A DNA stretch of 55,457 bases, counting the filler, from Bipalium vagum (Eukaryota), in NCBI GenBank assembly GCA_037834085.1. It is 3 parts of 3 records of this genome, joined end to end, with 100 filler letters (N's around TTAATTAATTAA, not from the genome) between each part and the next. Parts side by side here need not be neighbours in the genome. Positions count along the whole stretch, not along the records: positions 39,137 to 55,457 come from JBBMKC010116264.1; 2 more parts are not named here. One strand, given 5' to 3'. Positions 52,430 through 55,457 of the stretch are shown here, piece after piece. Position 1 is the first letter of the stretch. Every line of letters starts with the position of its first letter. A program made the translations under genes and the position numbers. The notes beneath the pieces were generated by a model. The model was not told the origin of the DNA, did not search any database, and saw only the letters and a list, made by a program, of their open reading frames with translations.

Positions 52430-54240
52430 TCGGTAGCAGCTCGTGCCACCCCAGTTCTTCACAACCACTCTCGAATCATTCTTATTATCCTCTCCACAAG
52501 ATCATTGGATTGGTGTTGATAGGGAACACTGAATACCGGCTTGAAATTCATATCTTACCATTTCTTCTGCAGCCAAGCGCTCTCAAAATCGTATCCTCTG
52601 CCTGTCAAGATACTTTCCGGCCTTCCGCATTAATAAACCAAGTTGTTCAAAATTTTTTGTAGATAGTTCTATCATCTATTTTAGACAAAAAGCTCAAGTT
52701 CACCAGCTTACTTAAACTATGCATAATGACAAGGACATATTTGTAACTAACTTTCAACATTTCCATAAAAGCAATGTTTACCACAATCTGTTCCAGAAAA
52801 TACTCACTACGTCTCGGGATCAAAATCTCTTTAGTCCATGTTTGATCCATTTCCCTCTTTGCACAGATAAGACAGGTTTACAGGCACGTTTTACTTGAGC
52901 TCCACATTACTGGCCAAAATTAACGGTCCTCCAGATAATAATATATAGTTTTTGCTCCCTAAATAACAGAGTTCTTTGTGGATTGCATGTACAAATTCCG
53001 TTACATAATTCTCAAGAATTACTACTTTCTTCCGAGTATTCTGACACACAACTAATAGATTACTGACGAAATCCAAATCTTCTTTCACCCGAAAAGACCA
53101 TTTTCCTTAAAGGTGTACAACAGGTCTCGTCTTCCTTCTGTAATAGACTTTCTAAACTTCATAACCGTTTGGTCACGTCCTGTGTTTGCTGAATTTCCTC
53201 GAATCTAATACTCGTCTTACTCAAAACATTAATATAACGGGTTCTCGATTACTGTGGTCTTCGGCTTTAATATGGGTGAGCTCAAAATTCCAACCAGGTC
53301 TGGAATTGGAGACTGATAGGTTTTTTTGTTATTTATAAATACCAAGGCTTTGTGCACCGTTTAGGTATTGTGCTTTGTATAATCTACTTTTCTCAAAGTT
53401 TTTCTGGCATTCATTTGACCAACTTAACTGTTTATTACATCCCGATTTTGGGGCATATAATAGTGCTGATATCTTTGCATATTTATCAATAAAACGGCGG
53501 TAATAGTTCGTTAGCCTAAAAATGACCACAGCTTCGAGACACATTTCGGCGGTTTCATTTTCATAATATCCTGAATCTTCTTTTAATTAGTACGAATTCC
53601 CCCTACACGTATGTCCATGAAACACTATTTCTTTTTTTAATTTTACACTTTCCTGGATTTCTTCAACTCTGCTATAGAAATTCTTCCTAAAACCTCTTCT
53701 AAGACTCAATCATGCTGGGTTTCATAATTCCTATATATCAGTATATCATCCAGATAAACAACGACACATTTGAATATTAGGCTGTCCAGCAATTCGGACA
53801 TGTGTTTCTGGAACGTAGGTTGGCCAAACCAAAAGTAAGTCTATTGAAACAAAATTGACCTTGCTTAGTGCTAAAAGCCTTAATTTTTCTGACAACTTCA
53901 TATGGTTGTATGCTTGTCCGAGATCTACAGACGAGAAGCATGTCCAATTGACTAAAAAATTGAATAATAACTGCATATCTGGCATTGGGAAAGAAAATTT
54001 TTCCGTAATAGCGATAATACATCTAAAATACCTATATTCCTACCACCACCAGTGGATAGTTCCACGGATAACACCAGCAGACATAAGTTGCACAATCATG
54101 TTGTCAATTTTTGATTCGAGGTGCATAGGTTGCCACCTTGGATGTTGCCATATTGAACCTGCTCTCATTCTTTTGTCATGTTTCACCACCAGATGTCAAA
54201 CGTCGATTCCAAAAAAATATGTGAATATTTCATAATCGCT
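52430..54240 (-). mobile_element. Ty3/Gypsy pol remnant (RT with YLDD, partial RNase H, integrase)
   Basis: FPMPDM..FSSVDLGQAYNHM..AFSTKQGQFCFNRLTFGLAN..VVYLDDILIY..TNYYRRFIDKYAKI..HKELCYLG. Confidence 0.93.
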
Positions 54241-55368
54241 TCAAAGGTTGTTCAGCACTGTTAGTTAGAAATTTTAGAAGATACTGGGATTAGAACGCAT
54301 ACTCGAATTACCATAATAGGTCATTAAGATTGTAGCTTAAATTTTAGTAACCATATTATTGATTTCATATAAATTTAAATTTTAAATATTAAACTTATAT
54401 TTAAAACAAAGTTTGTTAGATCTGCATAAAAATCATCAGTATTAACTAGTGTTTTTGGTATGTGATTTACCGGATAGCTTATTAGTAAAACTATTTATAA
54501 TAATATGTTTATTTATAAAATCTGTAAATGTAATTTTAATATTAATAATTTATTTAATGTTTTATAATTTATACTTAACAATTTATACTCAATGTTTATT
54601 CTTTTATTTATAATTTTTACTTTTTAGATTACTTGCTTAAAAATTATTTTACTAATAATATTAATATTAATTTTTATTGATTTTATAGTAATTATGTAAA
54701 CTAATTGATATAAAATTATTATATTTTCAAAATAAATTTATAGGAGAATTTCTATTTAAATCAATGCTTGGATTTTATACAATTTTATAATAGATTTATT
54801 TATAATATATATGAAGACATTACATTTACAAGAAAATTGATATAAATAAAGAAGTATTTTATGGAACAAAAGGAGATGTCAGATTGAAATTGATAGATTT
54901 AAAATTGTTTATTTCAGAATTAACTTTAAATCAAGAATCGGAATTAAAATTATTAGAAAGAATCGATGATGAGAAACATATAAATATAAATTTTATCAAA
55001 ATATTGTGAAGAAAGAAATTTAACATAAGAAACAATCCAAACTTTAAAATTATTTAATGTTCCTAATAAACAAATTTATATTTTTATTGTTTTTACGGAA
55101 AAAGATTTTGATCTTAATAAATATACTAGTTTGCTTCTTCAATATAAAATAAAAAGTTTAAAAGTTCAAGTTAATAATTCATTATCCATTAAATTTTATA
55201 CAATCTGCAAAAGGTAAAAATAATAGAACATATTCGATTTTTTCGTTTTTTGTGTCTAAATTTTGATAAATATTTGGATAAATTGGAACATTTGGAAACG
55301 CCAAATTTTCAGTGTCCATTTCAATACTCATTTTTAAAGAAAGAATATGAAATAAAACACATTAAAAT

Positions 55369-55457
55369 TGTTGGGTTAACCAAGGGCATATCCCTTATAA
55401 CCTTTTAAAATTTAAGTTAAAGACCGCAAAAGGGTCAGAGGTAAAATAATAATAATA
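55369..55457 (+). mobile_element. Start of an LTR-like sequence (same family as 46608)
   Basis: TGTTGGGTTAACCAAGGGCATATCCC..AAGACCGCAAAAGGGTC, truncated by the window end. Confidence 0.65.

Overview
Very AT-rich animal (invertebrate) genomic DNA, plausibly a planarian-type flatworm. That assignment is inference only, from the (ATT)n tracts, ~47-59 nt minimal introns, many mariner/Tc1 relics and a NeSL/R5-like fragment. The window is three contigs (1-20944, 21045-39036, 39137-55457) joined by identical 100-nt artificial linkers (44N-TTAATTAATTAA-44N), so gene order across the joins cannot be trusted. Four partial intron-containing host genes are supported, all on the + strand: the terminal MH2 exon of a BMP-type Smad (Smad1/5/8), the last two exons of a synaptotagmin-15-like C2B domain, the 5' part of a divergent SLC1/EAAT transporter, and most of flotillin-2. 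A degenerate multi-exon gene of unknown function lies on the - strand upstream of the Smad exon, apparently inside a Smad intron. The rest is mostly transposon debris: mariner DD34D, Tc1, DD37E, maT-like, DD41D-like, pogo/Tigger, Chapaev-like, Gypsy gag/pol, solo-LTR-like elements, a restriction-like-endonuclease non-LTR fragment and MITEs. I found no clear new multi-gene system. The best leads are a solo-LTR-like family with a covarying GNRA-capped hairpin and a palindromic promoter, an EAAT with Asp in the HP1 tip, and the nested antisense gene.
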